Shown: positions 38,207 through 52,626 of the stretch, piece after piece
How the letters are laid out: the number at the start of each line of letters is the position of its first letter
Position numbering within the stretch: the stretch's first letter is position 1
DNA from: Malacoraja senta
Taxonomy: Eukaryota
Reading direction: 5' to 3'
DNA length: 64,000 nt
Assembly: GCA_038087875.1 (NCBI GenBank)
Contig: CM075997.1
Location: 3,722,001 to 3,786,000 of the forward strand
Translations under genes and position numbers: made by a program
The notes under the pieces: generated by a model
Told to the model about the DNA's origin: nothing
Database searches by the model: none
What the model saw: only the letters and a program-made list of their open reading frames with translations

Positions 38207-38268
38207 TGAAAATAATTCTATGATAGGTTTTTTCGTAGTTTTTGGGGAGGGTGGGTGGGTGGATGAAT

Positions 38269-38706
38269 AAGTTTAGTTTAGAGATCCAGCGCGGAAACAG
38301 GCCCCTCGGCCCACCGAGTCCGCGCCGACCAGCGATCCCCGCACACTCTAAAGCCCCTGTCCCACTGTACGAGGTAATTCAAGAGTTCTCCCCTGATTCG
38401 AGCTTGTGTAATGTACGTAGCAGGTATGTAGGAGTTCGTGGATGTCACGTAACGGCTCGTACGAGTAAAAAGTAACCATTTTTTTAATCACGAGTATTTT
38501 TTACTCGAGGACATTTTTCACAGTGTTAAAAAACGTCACGAGTTCACCGGATTTCCTGAGTACCGACCATTACTCGTACGAGCCGCTACCAGACATCCAC
38601 GAGCTCCTATGGACCCACTACAGACATTCTCCGAGTTCGAATCAGGGGAAAACTCGGGAGAACTCTGGAATTACCTCGTACAGTGGGAGAGGCCCTTAAC
38701 ACTATC

Positions 38707-38738
<32 letters not shown>

Positions 38739-38945
38739 GGGACAATTTCCATTTGTACCAAGCCAATTATCCTACAAACCTGTACGTCTTTGGACTGTGG
38801 GAGGAAACCGAAGATCTCGGAGAAAACCCACGCAGGTCACGGGGAGAATGTGCAAACTCGCACAGACGGCACCCGTAGTCAGGATCGAACCCGGGTCTTC
38901 GGAGCTGTAAGCGCTGTAAGGCAGCAACTGCGCCTTCGTGCCACC
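38269..38945 (-). mobile_element. V-SINE interrupted by a Harbinger MITE
   Basis: The SINE halves rejoin when 38352-38699 is removed. Confidence 0.75.
38352..38696. mobile_element. PIF/Harbinger-type MITE
   Basis: TIR …CTGTCCCACTGTACGAGGTAATTC; TAA TSD on both sides. Confidence 0.85.
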
Positions 38946-40000
38946 CTAAGTTGGCGGGCCATTGAAGGTACGGAAAATCCCATTTCCTGACAGGGCGGCC
39001 ATGTTGCAGGTGATGGGTCCTTGGGTAGAGACAGAGCTGGTGCTTGGACCATTGCTTTAGTTATGGCGTCCTGCAGATCGATTCAACCTGCATCAACCAT
39101 CCTTTCCCACTCATTGACAACAATCCAACACTGAACCCATTTTATTTTCCTCACGTTACTTCACTTTAATACTTTACTTGAGAGATACAGCACGGAAACA
39201 GGCCCTTCGGCCCGTTGAGTCCATGCCGACCAGCTATTGCCCCGTACACTATCCTACACACTAGAGACAACTGGTCCCGTGCGATCCCGATTACGGTGGA
39301 CTCTCCTTCCTTAGTCAACTTCAACTGGTGAACTGAGAGTAATGAGGTGAAGGGATCTGGGAATGTGTAAGAAAGGGAACTGCAGATGCTGGTTTACACC
39401 GAAGATAGACACAAAATGCTGCAGTGACTCCGCGGGACAGGGAGCAACTCTGGAGAGAAGGAATGGGTGACATTTTGGCACAAGACTGAAGAAAGGGTCT
39501 CGACCCAAAACGTCACCCATTCCTTCTCTCCAAAGATGCTGCCTGTCCTGCTGAGTTACTCCAGCATTTTGTGTCTATCAAAGGGATAGACCTTTGAGCT
39601 TTGGAGGCTAATGATCCATAAGGTCATAAGGAATAGGAGTAGAATTAGGCCATTCGGCCCATCAAGTCTACTTCATCATTCAATCATGGCTGATCTATCT
39701 CTCCCTCCTAATCCCATTCTCCTGCCTTCTTCACATAACCTCTGACACCTGGACTAATCCGGAATCCAAGGATTGCTTCTGTACAGTAATCTCCATTGAA
39801 CAAAGTGTACAGTGATCTATATCCTTCAGCTGGTGTCTATAAGGAATCTTTCCAGCAGGAATCACCCTTCAGCAGACTGAATCCAAGCCATTTGTCACCT
39901 TCTACCCCGGAGGTAGAAATACCAGTTGCGTCTGGTCTAAAATTGTCTCCACTTCAAAGAAGACAGCCAATTGATGAAACTTTCCTGAATGTTGCTTAGT

Positions 40001-43000
40001 CAATAGACAATAGGTGCAGGAGTAGGCCATTTGGCCCTTCGAGCCAGCACCGCCATACAATGTGATCATGGCTGATCATCCCCAATCAGTACCCCGTTCC
40101 TGCCTTCTCCCCATATCCCCTGACTCCGCTATCTTTAAGAGCCCTATCTAGCTCTCTCTTGAAAGTATCCTGAGAACCGGCCTCCACCACTCTCTGAGGC
40201 AGAGAAGTCCACAGACTCACAACTCTGTGTGAAAAAGTGTTTCCTCGTCTCCATTCTAAATGGCTTACCCTATATTCTTAAACTGTGTGTGGCCCCTGGT
40301 TCTGGACTCCCCCAACATCGGGAACATGTTTCCTGCCTCTAGCGTGTCCAAACCTTTAATAATCTTATATGTTTCAATAAGATACCCTCTCATCCTTCTA
40401 AACTCCAGAGTGTACAAGCCCAGCCGCTCCATTCTCTCAGCATATGACAGTCCCGCCATAGATACATAGATACATAGATACATAGAAATTAGGTGCAGGA
40501 GTAGGCCATTCGGCTCTTCGAGCCTGCACCGCCATTCAATACGATCATGGCTGATCATCCAACTCAGTATCCCGTACCTGCCTTCTCTCCATACCCCCTG
40601 ATCCCTTTAGCCACAAGGGCCACATCTAATTCCCTCTTAAATATAGCCAATGAACTGGCCTCAACTACCCTCTGTGGCAGAGAGTTCCAGAGATTCACCA
40701 CTCTCTGTGTGAAAAAGTTTTTCCTCATCTCGGTCTTAAAGGATTTTCCCCTTATCCTTAAGCTGTGACCCCTTGTCCTGGACTTCCCCAACATCGGGAA
40801 CAATCTTCCTGCATCTAGCCTGTCCAACCCCATAAGAATCTTGTACGTTTCTATAAGATCCCCTCTCAATCTCCTAAATTCTAGTGAGTATAAGCCAAGT
40901 CTATCCAGTCTTTCTTCATATGAAAGTCCTGACATCCCAGGAATCAGTCTGGTGAACCTTCTCTGCACTCCCTCTATGGCTATAATGTCCTTCCTCAGAT
41001 TTGGAGACCAAAACTGTACGCAATACTCCAGGTGTGGTCTCACCAAGACCCTGTACAATTGCAGTAGAACCTCACTGCTCCTATACTCAAATCCTCTTGC
41101 TATGAAGGCCAACATACCATTCGCTTTCTTCACTGCCTGCTGCACCTGCATGCCTACTTTCAATGACTGGTGTACCATGACACCCAGGTCTCGCTGCATC
41201 TCCCCATTTCCTAATCGGCCACCATTTAGATAATAGTCTGCCTTCCCGTTTTTGCTACCAAAGTGGATAACCTCACATTTATCCACATTATACTGCATCT
41301 GCCAAACATTTGCCCACTCACCCAGCCTATCCAAGTCACCTTGCAGTCTCCTAGCATCCTCCTCACAGCTAACACTGCCCCCCAGCTTAGTGTCATCCGC
41401 AAACTTGGAGATGTTGCTTTCAATTCCCTCGTCCAGATCATTAATATAAATTGTAAATAGCTGGGGTCCCAGCACTGAGCCTTGTGGTACCCCACTAGTC
41501 ACTGCCTGCCATTGTGAAAAGGACCCGTTTACTCCTACTCTTTGCTTCCTGTTTGCCAGCCAGTTCTCTATCCACATCAATACTGAACCCCCAATACCGT
41601 GTGATTTAAGTTTGTATCCTAATCTCTTATGTGGTACCTTGTCGAAAGCCTTCTGAAAGTCCAGATACAACACATCCACTGGTTCTCCCCTATCCACTCT
41701 ACTAGTTACATCCTCGAAAAATTCTATAAGATTCGTCAGACACGATTTACCTTTCGTAAATCCATGCTGACTTTGTCCAATGATTTCACCACTTTCCAAA
41801 TGTGCTGCTATCCCATCTTTAATAACTGACTCTAGCAGTTTCCCCACTACCGATGTTAGACTAACTGGTCTGTAATTCCCCGTTTTCTCTCTCCCTCCCT
41901 TCTTAAAAAGTGGGGTTACGTTTGCTACCCTCCAATCCTCAGGAACTACTCCAGAATCTAAAGAGTTTTGAAAAATTATCACTAATGCATCCACTATTTC
42001 TGGAGCTACTTCCTTAAGTACTCTGGGATGCAGCCTATCTGGCCCTGGTGATTTATCGGCCTTTAATCCATTCAATTTACCCAACACCACTTCCCGATTA
42101 ACCTGGATTTCACTCAGTTCCTCCATCTCCTTTGACCCGCGGCCCCCTGCTATTTCCGGCAGATTATTTATGTCTTCCTTAGTGAAGACGGAACCAAAGT
42201 AGTTATTCAATTGGTCTGCCATATCCTTGTTCCCCATGATCAATTCACCTGTTTCTGACTGCAAGGGACCTACATTTGATTTAACTAATCTCTTTCTCTT
42301 CACATATCTATAAAAACTTTTGCAGTCAGTTTTTATGTTCCCTGCCAGTTTCCTTTCATAATCTATTTTCCCTTTCCTAATTAAGCCCTTTGTCCTCCTC
42401 TGCTGGTCTCTGAATTTCTCCCAGTCCTCTGGTATGCTGCTTTTTCTGGCTAATTTGTACGCATCATCTTTTGCTTTGATACTATCCCTGATTTCCCTTG
42501 TTATCCACGGATGCACTACCTTCCTTGATTTATTCTTTTGCCAAACTGGGATGAACAATTTTTGTAGTTCATCCATGCAGTCTTTAAATGCCTTCCATTG
42601 CATATCCACCGTCAACCCTTTTAGAACTAATTGCCAGTCAATCTTGGCCAATTCATGTCTCATACCCTCAAAGTTACCTTTCTTTAAGTTCAGAACCGTT
42701 GTTTCTGAATTAACAATGTCACTCTCCATCCTAATGAAGAACTCAACCATATTATGATCACTCTTGCCCAAGGGGGCACGCACAACAAGTCTGCTAACTA
42801 ACCCTTCCTCATTACTCAATACCCAGTCTAGAATAACCTGCTCTCTCGTTGGTTCCTCTACATGTTGGTTTAGATAACTATCCCTCATACATTCCAAGAA
42901 ATCCTCTTCCTCAGCACCCCTGCCAATTTGATTCACCCAATCTATATGATTCACCCAATTTGATTCACCCAATCTCGGGAATTAAACTTGTGAACCTACG

Positions 43001-43098
43001 CTGCACGCCCTCAATAGCAAGAATGTCCTTCCTCAAATTAGGGGACCACAACTGCACACAATACTGCAGGTGTGGTCTCACTAGGGCCCTGTACAACT
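40001..43098 (-). mobile_element. CR1 3' fragment (host), split by a younger CR1 insertion
   Basis: 40001-40458 and 42974-43098 are colinear CR1 ORF2/3'UTR pieces. Confidence 0.75.
40457..42973 (-). mobile_element. Young 5'-truncated CR1 LINE with uninterrupted RT frame (ORF 40564..42972)
   Basis: ~800-aa open frame with YLDFQKAFDKV, GVPQGSVLGP and KFADDTK; (ATCTATGT)n tail. Confidence 0.93.
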
Positions 43099-43797
43099 AT
43101 GTTGTACTGTGAGCTTCACCACAGCTTGAACCAAAGGAGAGATTTTCAAGAATGAAGGATATGTATTTGCTGTATGCACTGGCTATGAGCAGGAGCAGTG
43201 GCATTTATATTTGCTGCAGCAGTAAAGCTACAGTAGATGCAGCATAACTGCAGGAACTCTTGTAGAGAGGAACTGCAGATGCTGGTTTAAACCAGAGATA
43301 GACACAAAATGCTGGAGTAACTGAGTCTGAAGAAGGGTCTCGACCCAAAACGTTACCTATTCCTTTCCTCCAGAGATGCTGCCTGACCCGCTGAATTTCT
43401 CCAGCATTTTGTGTCTAACTAAAAAACTACCAGCTACACCACACAGCGCCAGAGACCTCGGTTCGATTCTGACCTCGGGTGCTGTGTGTGTGTGGAGTTT
43501 GCACGTTCTCCCTTTGACCCCGTGGCTTCTCCGGTTTCCTCCCACATCCCAAAGACGTGTAGGTTAGTTGGTCTCTGTAAATAGCCCCTCTTGTGCAGTG
43601 AGTTGTTAAAGTTGGGTTACGTAGAACGAGTGATCGATGGTTGGTTTGGACTCGATGGGCCGAAGGGCCTATTTCCACACTGTATCGTTCAACTAAAGAG
43701 GAAACATACGACAAATGATGAGTTATTCTAAATAAAATAGATCATGATTGGGCAAAAACCAAAACATGAAGAGCAACCAAAGGATTGCGTTGGACTC

Positions 43798-44142
43798 CGT
43801 GGATTGTCACCTTGTCGTGGTGGAGAAGCTTGTGTGGGCCTGAGACCTGAGAGCGATGCCGTCTGGAGCTATGCCGGTAAGGTCTAGGGGGAGGTCTCTG
43901 ACAAAGAGCCATCCAACCAAGACCTCAACGGTGGAACAGGCGGAGGATGATGGCTGACTTTAGTGGAGCGTCACAATGGCTGGGAAGGCGGATGAAGGCT
44001 GCAGCAGAAAAGGGTCTCCGGTCGTCTTGGCCTCCATGCCACTGGATCCTGACCCAGATCTGTCAAGGACCGTGGGTTGGCTGTCTGTGCACCAGTCTCC
44101 CCACGTTAAACAAAGTCACGCACGGGCGTCCGACCCTATGGA
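43798..44142 (+). mobile_element. RTE (Expander/Rex3-like) 5'UTR-derived non-autonomous element; diverged inverted copy at ~44548-44760
   Basis: CACCTTGTCGTGGTGGAG…GAGCGATGCCGTCTGGAGC…CTGACAAAGAGC pattern recalled from RTE 5' ends. Confidence 0.55.
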
Positions 44143-44198
44143 CAATAGACAATAGACAATAGGTGCAGGAGTAGGGCATTCGGCCCTTCGAGCCAGCA

Positions 44199-44547
44199 CT
44201 CTAGAGGCAGGAAACGTGTTCCCGATGTTGTGGGAGTCCAGAACCAGGGGCCACAGTTTAAGAATAAGGGGTAAGCCATTTAGAACGGAGACGTGGAAAC
44301 ACTTTTTCTCACAGAGAGTTGTGAGTCTGTGGAATTCTCTGCCTCAGAGGGCGGTGGAGGCAGGTTCACTGGATGCTTTCAAGAGAGAGTTAGATAGGGC
44401 TCTTAAAGATAGCGAAGTCAGGGGATATGGGGAGAAGGCAGGAACGGGGTACAGATTGGGGATGATCAGCCATGATCACATTGAATGGCAGTGCTGGCTC
44501 GAAGGGCCGAATGGCCTACTCCTGCACCTATTGTCTATTGTCTATTG
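44199..44547 (+). mobile_element. CR1 LINE 3' end
   Basis: [14 protein letters not shown]…FFSQRVV; (ATTGTCT)n tail. Confidence 0.85.
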
Positions 44548-45369
44548 ATGCAGCCTTCATCCGCCTTCACAGCCGTTGAGTTTAAGATAACTTCGTCCGC
44601 TGTTGAGGTCTTGTAGGTTGGATCGTTCTTAGTCTGGACCCTCATCCTCGACCTTACCGCCATGGGGGTCCCTACCAGAAGCTGGTGCTTCCGACGGCAT
44701 CGCTCTGGGAATCAAGCGATCACGCCAGCCTCTTCACCACGACAAGGTCAATGATCCAAAGAGGTGCCCTAATTAAGGGACAAGCTGAATGGATGGTCAG
44801 AATAATCCTCTCCTGTTCCTCAGTCGCTGTAGTGCTAATGTTAATGTTCTTTTTCTCGGCAGTTGTGGGAACCAGGTCGACATGCATCGGTTACTCTGCC
44901 ACGGGCTGCATTGGGGCAGCATTGGGGCAGCAAGCTCGATGAGGTTCCGCTTCTCGCATCTTTAACGAAAGGATCTCAATCTCTGCAGGTGAACGATTTT
45001 AATGCCCAAAGTGCAGTCGAACTCAAGTCAGAAACATCGCACGGGGGAACTCGTGACAAGGCAGTGGCTGTTTCGACAGCATGCTCGAAAGCTAAACCAA
45101 AAGAGGAAGATTCACATTTAGATCATCTTTCATTATCACATCATTTCCCAGCTAAACCAACTGTGGTACACTTAGTCATACCTTGTAACCATCCAGGATA
45201 TTCCTGAAAACCCACTTGGAATAGGAAATTACAAATAGAGGAGATTATGCGCAAGGCTTTGCATTGGATTATAATATAGTATAATATAGTTGTGTATGTA
45301 TATAGTGGAAAAGACAAAGGGGCTGTTCCAGGTCGAGACCCTTCTTCAGCATCCCCCCCCCCAACATAT

Positions 45370-46541
<1,172 letters not shown>

Positions 46542-47540
46542 AAAAAGCTAGAGTAACTCAGCGGGACAGGCAGCAATGATCTTGACCAGAAACGTCACCC
46601 ATTCCTTCCCTCCAGAGATGCTGCCTGTCCCGCTGAGTTACTCCAGCTTTTTGTGTCTGTCTTCGGTGTAAACCAGCACCTGCAGTTCCTTCCTACACAT
46701 TAGGTTTAGAGGGATATGGGCCAAATGCAGGCAGGTGAGACTAGTGTGGATGGGACATGCTGGTTGGTGTGGCAAGTTGAGACAAAGGGACATGTTTCCA
46801 CACTGTATGACTATGACTCTGTTTTATGGAGTTCCAGTTCTAAGGGACAGTGGAGATAGAATCTATCAGCATATTATAGAACTTAGCTGGATCGCCACTT
46901 GAAATGCTGAGATGTACAAGTTCAAGAGATGCTATTAAATATTTTAGATGTGACAGAACAAAATAGCCCAACACCTTGTACATGAGAGAAACACTTCCAA
47001 AATTAATACTGCAGCAAGGATTCTAAATATATAGGAAGTTGCAGGTCCCAGCCTGATACTGATCTTACAACCCAGCGGTATGAATATTGATGTCTCTAAC
47101 TTCAAGTAACCCTTCCATCCCTCCCCACCCTAGTCGTCAGAGTAGTTTCACTGCCGTCCCACTTAGATTCACGGTTCTACTCAGCAGTTTCACTTGTAAT
47201 CACCTTCTCCACAGCCAACAATGGACCATTGTGGGCTCCACCTCTCCTTCGTCATCATTGCTGGCTTTGATTTGTCCTTTTTTGCACACCTTTCATTCAT
47301 TTGTTCTTTGTAACCTCTTCATATCTCGAATTTCCCTCTCCCCTGAGTCTCAGTCTGAAGAAGGGTCTCGACATTTATGTAAGAATAAGGAGTAAGCCAT
47401 TTAGAACGGTGACGAGGAAACACTTTTTCTCACAGAGAGTGGTGAGTCTGTGGAATTCTCTGCCTCTGAGGGCGGTGGAGGCAGGCTCTCTGGATGCTTT
47501 CAAGAGAGAGCTAGATAGGGCTCTTAAAAATAGCGGAGTC

Positions 47541-49213
47541 TTGAAAAATTATCACTAATGCATCCACTATTTCTGGAGCTACTTCCTTAAGTACTCTGGG
47601 ATGCAGCCTATCTGGCCCTGGTGATTTATCGGCCTTTAATCCATTCAATTTACCCAACACCACTTCCCGGCTAACCTGGATTTCACTCAGTTCCTCCACC
47701 TCATTTGACCCCCAGTCCCCTGCTATTTCCGGCAGATTATTTATGTCTTCCTTAGTGAAGACAGAACCAAAGTAGTTATTCAATTGGTCTGCCATGTCCT
47801 TGTTCCCCATGATCAATTCACCTGTTTCTGACTGCAAGGGACATACATTTGTTTTAACTAATCTTTTTCTCTTCACATATCTATAAAAGCTTTTGCAGTC
47901 AGTTTTTATGTTCCCTGCCAGTTTTCTTTCATAATCTATTTTCCCTTTCCTAATTAAGCCCTTTGTCCTCCTCTGCTGGACTCTGAATTTCTCCCAGTCC
48001 TCTGGTAGGCTGCTTTTTCTGGCTAATTTGTACGCTTCATCTTTTGTTTTGATACTATCCATGATTTCCCTTGTTATCCATGGATGCACTACCTTCCCTG
48101 ATTTATTTTTTTGCCAAACTGGGATGAACAATTGTTGTAGTTCATCCATGCAGTCTTTAAATGCCTTCCATTGCATATCTACCGTCAACCCATTAAGAAT
48201 CAATTGCCAGTCTATCTTGGCCAATTCACTTCTCATACCCTCAAAGTTACCTTTCTTTAAGTTCAGGACCCTTGTTTCTGAATTAACAATGTCACTCTCC
48301 ATCCTAATGAAGAACTCAACCATATTATGGTCACTCTTGCCCAAGGGGCCACACACAACAAGACTGCTAACTAACCCTTCCTCATTACTCAATACCCAAT
48401 CTAGAATAGCCTGCTCTCTCGTTGGTTCCTCTACATGTTGGTTTAGAAAACTATCCCGCATACATTCCAAGAAATCCTCTTCCTCAGCACCCCTGCCAAT
48501 TTGATTCACCCAATCTATATGTAGATTGAAGTCACCCATTATAACTGTTTTACCTTTGTTGCACGCATTTCTAATTTCCTGTTTGATGCCATCCCCAACT
48601 CCACTACTACCGTTATGTGGCCTGTACACAACTCCCACTAGCGTTTTCTGCCCCTTAGTGTTTCGCAGCTCTACCCATATCGATTCCACATCCTCCAAGC
48701 TAATGTCCTTCCTTTCTATTGCGTTAATCTGCTCTCTAACCAGCAACGCTACCCCACCTCCTTTCCCTTTCTGTCTATCCCTCCTGAATATTGAATATCC
48801 CTGGATGTTCAGCTCCCAGCCTTGGTTACCCTGGAGCCATGTCTCCGTGATCCCAACTATATCATAGTCATTAATAGCTATCTGCACATTCAACTCATCC
48901 ACCTTATAACGAATGCTCCTTGCATTGAGACACAAAGCCTTCAGGCTTGTTTTTACAACGCTCTTACCCCTTATACAATTATGTTGAAAAGTGGCCCTTT
49001 TTGATTTTTGCCCTGGATTTGTCTGCCTGCCACTTTTACTTTTCACCTTGCTACCTATTGCTTCCGCCCGCATTTTACACCCCTCTGTCTCTACGCTCAC
49101 ACATTTAAGAAACCCTTTCACTTTAACTCCATCCTCAACTATCCCATTCGACACCCCACCCCCTTTATTCAGTTTAAAACCACCCGTGTAGCAGTGGCAA
49201 ACCTGCCTGCCAG
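47541..49213 (-). mobile_element. CR1 LINE ORF2 5' half with APE endonuclease (ORF 47511..49154), 3'-truncated
   Basis: LNARSI, GITETW, GVVYRP, MGDFN and SDHN motifs; near-identical to 41968-42948 where the two overlap. Confidence 0.92.
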
Positions 49214-49304
49214 ATATCCCTCTGATACTTCAAGGAAATGACTATTCTTTCTGTGTTAAGGTGAACTTTTTTTTTTCATATTGGGCTTTAAAAAACTTTT
49301 TTAA

Positions 49305-49790
49305 ATGCTGGCGTTGGAGAGGGTCCAGAGGAGGTTGACAAGAACGATCCCAGGAATGAGTGGGTTAACGTACGATGAGCGTTTGACGGCAATGGGCCTG
49401 TACTCGCTGGAGTTTGGAAGGATTAGCGGGAACCTCATTGAAACTTACCAAATAGTGAAAGGCTTGGATAGGGTTGATGTGGAGAGGATGTTTCCATTAG
49501 TGGGAGAGTCTAGGACCAGAGGGCACAGCCTCAGAATAAAAGGACGTACCTATAGAAAGGATATGTGGAGGAATTTCCTTAATCAGAGGGTGGTGAATCT
49601 GTGGAATTCATTGTGGAGGCTAAGTCATTGGGTATTTTTAAAGCAGAGATTGACAAGTTCTTGATTAGTAAAGGTTTCAAGGGTTATGGGGAGAAGGCAG
49701 GAGAATGGGGTTGTGAAAGAGAGATAGATCAGCCACGATTGAATGGTGGAGTAGACTTGATGGGCCGAATGGCCTAATTCTGCTCCTAGA
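49305..49790 (+). mobile_element. CR1 LINE 3' fragment
   Basis: LERVQRR…GLYSLEF…RTRGH followed by 3'UTR. Confidence 0.82.
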
Positions 49791-50704
49791 ACTTGGATAG
49801 GCGATGTTTCGGGTCGGAATCTGAGAAAGGGCCCCGTCCCGAAACGTTGCCTATATTAATGTTCTCCAGAGATGCTGCCTGGCCCGCTGAGTTACTCCAG
49901 CACTCTGATTCCATCTCTGGGAATCAACCACCGTGTTTACATTGCAGGATTCGAGCCGCAGAATGTGTGCTGGGTGAGCAAGGAGGAGAGGCTGGAGCTG
50001 GCTGGGGCTGGGGCTGGGGCTGGGGCTGGGCCTAGGCCGAGGCTCGTCCGTCTTTGAAGACAGTCGTTAAGTCCAGTCAGGACTGGCTGTGCTCATTTCT
50101 GTTTGCTGACCCAACCTGAAGCTCGGCCAAACGCAACAACAGGGAGCCATTTCCTTCCTCACTGTGTCAAGGCGCTGCGGCTGCGTGCCAAGTGTCCTAG
50201 ATACAGAGGAAATCGAGGGGAAAATTTCATCTCAAACCAAAACAAAAGCTCTCGGCTCCTGAAAATCAAACAGACAAATCCGCAGGTGCTGGGAATCTGA
50301 AATAGGAAGAGAAAATTAGTTTTGTTGACTGTGAGATTTATTTAAGGTGGAGCTAGATAATCTTTTGAAAAGTCGAGGAATTGCAGGTATCAGAGAACTG
50401 GCAAAGGATAGAGTTGAAGGTAATAATAATAATTATAATAATTTTTATTTACGGGTGCCTTACAGAGACTGACAAATAAGAAACATATAATCGGAATAAA
50501 AATAAATTATAAAGACATCACCATTACACCATTACTCAAATTAAGGGCAGAATTCACCCTGAAGACACAAAAAAGAAAATCAGAAACACAATTTGAGGAG
50601 GTAGACCAAAATGCTGGTGATACTCAGCAGAGCGAAGGAATGGGTGACGTTTTGGGTCGAGACCCTTCTTCAGATAGTGTTGAGTTTAGTTTACCATTGT
50701 AAAT

Positions 50705-51500
50705 TATCGTCCTAGTTTAGTTAGTTTAGTTTATTGTAGTCATGTTTGCCGAGGTACAGTGAAAAGCTTTTCTGTTGCGTTCTATCCTGTCGGTAGAAAG
50801 ACAATACGTGAATACAATCAAGCCGTCCGTAGCGTACAAATGCAGGATAAAAAGCTTATGATGTTTAGTGTAAGATTAAGTCCAGTGAAGTCTGACTAAA
50901 AATAGTCCGAGGGTCCCCAATGAGGTAGACAGTAGCTCAGGACCGCTCTCTAGTTGGTGAGAGGACGGTTCAGTTGCCTGAAAGAAACTGCCCGTGAATC
51001 TTGAGCTGTGCGTTTTCAAACTTCTGTACCTCTTGCTTGATGGAAACATGTCCCCGACGTTGGGGGGAGTCCAGAACCAGGGGCCACAGTTTAAGAATAA
51101 GGAGTAAGCCATTTAGAACGGAGACGAGGAAACACTTTTTCTCACAGAGAGTGGTGAGTCTGTGGAATTCTCTGCCTCGGAGGGCGGTGGAGGCGGGTTG
51201 TCTGGATGCTTTCAAGAGAGAGCTAGATAGGGCTCTTGAAGATGGCGGAGTCAGGGGATATGGGAGAAGGCAGGAACGGGGTACTGATTGGGGATGATCA
51301 GCCATGATCACATTGAATGGCGGTCCTGGCTCGAAGGGCCGAATGGCCTACTCCTGCACCTATTGTCTATTGTCTATTGATGGGAGAGGGGAGAGGAGGT
51401 GAGACTGGTCCTTGATTGTGCTGCTGGCCTTGCCGAGGCAGCATGAACTGTAGATTGAGTCAATGGAAGGGAGGTTGGTTTGCATGATGGACTGGGCTAC
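50705..51500 (-). mobile_element. Rex1/Babar 3' fragment interrupted by a CR1 3' end (51042-51378, +)
   Basis: KRYRSLKTHSSRFTGSFF C-terminal motif; internal CR1 piece with (ATTGTCT)n tail. Confidence 0.6.
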
Positions 51501-51822
51501 AACATTAGCTTTGCGCAACTCTCAGCTTCCGAGGTACACAAAAGCTTTATTTGCCTGCTGCTCTGTCAAAGACAATTCTTTCAAAGAAAAGACGAAAAGG
51601 AGTACTGTGCCCAGTTTTGGCTTTTCTAACTCTAAAAGGATGCAGTAGGATCTTTGCTCTCTCACCTTAAAGTTATGCCCTCTAATCTATGGCATTTCCA
51701 CCCTGGAAAATAAAGGTTCTGACTGTCTACCCTATCTATGCCTCTCATATTTTTACATAATCTCTCCTCAACCTCAGACGTTCCAGAGAAAACAATTCAA
51801 GTCTGCCCAACCTTATAGCTAA

Positions 51823-52060
51823 AAGGCCTGTCCCACTTTCACGACCTAATTCACGACCTCTGCCAAGTTTGCCCTTGACTCATACTCGCAGCATGGTCGT
51901 CACGAGGTCGTAGGTAGGTCGTAGGTAGGTCGTAGCAGGCCGTGATGCTAGTCGTAGGTACTCGTGGCATCAAGTAGGTCGGGGCGTTTTTTCAACAGGA
52001 TGAAAAATGTCCACGAGTAAAAAAGGTCGTGAATTAGGTCGTGAAAGTGGGACGGGCCCT
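51823..52060. mobile_element. PIF/Harbinger-type MITE (intact relative of 57471-61397)
   Basis: TIR ..GGCCTGTCCCACTTTCACGACCTAATTCACGACCT; TAA TSD. Confidence 0.85.
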
Positions 52061-52626
52061 TAATAACTCCCTTCTAATCCAGGCAGCATTCTGGTTACAT
52101 CAATGGAGAATTAGGGTCGACTGGAGATAGACACAAAGTGCTGGAGTATCTCAGCGGCTCAGGCAACATCTCTGGAGAAAACGATGGTTGACATTTCGGG
52201 TCCTGACCCAAGACACCACCCTATCCATTTTCTCCAGAGATGCTGCCTGACCTGCTGAGTTACTCCAGCACTTTGTGTCTATCCTCGGTGAAAACCAGCA
52301 TCTGCAGTTCCTTCCTACACGCTGGGGTTGATTGGAAATGGTGTAGAGAGGGTGATTTCATCAACGCAAGGGGAAACTCAATGACCATCATGGGAAGTGG
52401 GGCTTTTGTCTTTAGATTCAAAACTAAACTTGTGGCCATGAGTTTCTTGTAAATATAACCATCCATTATTCCCCCATTTATTCCATGTTCCAATTTATTT
52501 TCTTTGTTCCCGATCCCAGATGGGACTGGACCTGATTCACTTCCAGACTGCGGCAGTTCCTGGTTGTGACTCATCATGTCGTCCACCTACCCGGCTATTC
52601 CTGCTTGACCTGCCTTTGCTGAGTTT

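Larger units (their letters stand above)
37204..38225 (+). other. Delta 3'UTR (AU-rich, free of recognisable repeats)
   Basis: About 1 kb of unique sequence after the stop, AT-rich distally, ending near AATAAA and followed by a U/GU-rich tract. End approximate. Confidence 0.7.

Noticed and set aside
44863..44988. Possible 126-nt exon (ggcag|…CAG|gtgaac); similar weak candidates near 49948-49973 and 52520
   Set aside because: Peptides are unrecognisable, donors are weak and there is no consistent exon chain; expression data would be needed.
50001..50030. (GGGGCT)n G-quadruplex-capable repeat
   Set aside because: Short simple repeat with no functional context visible.
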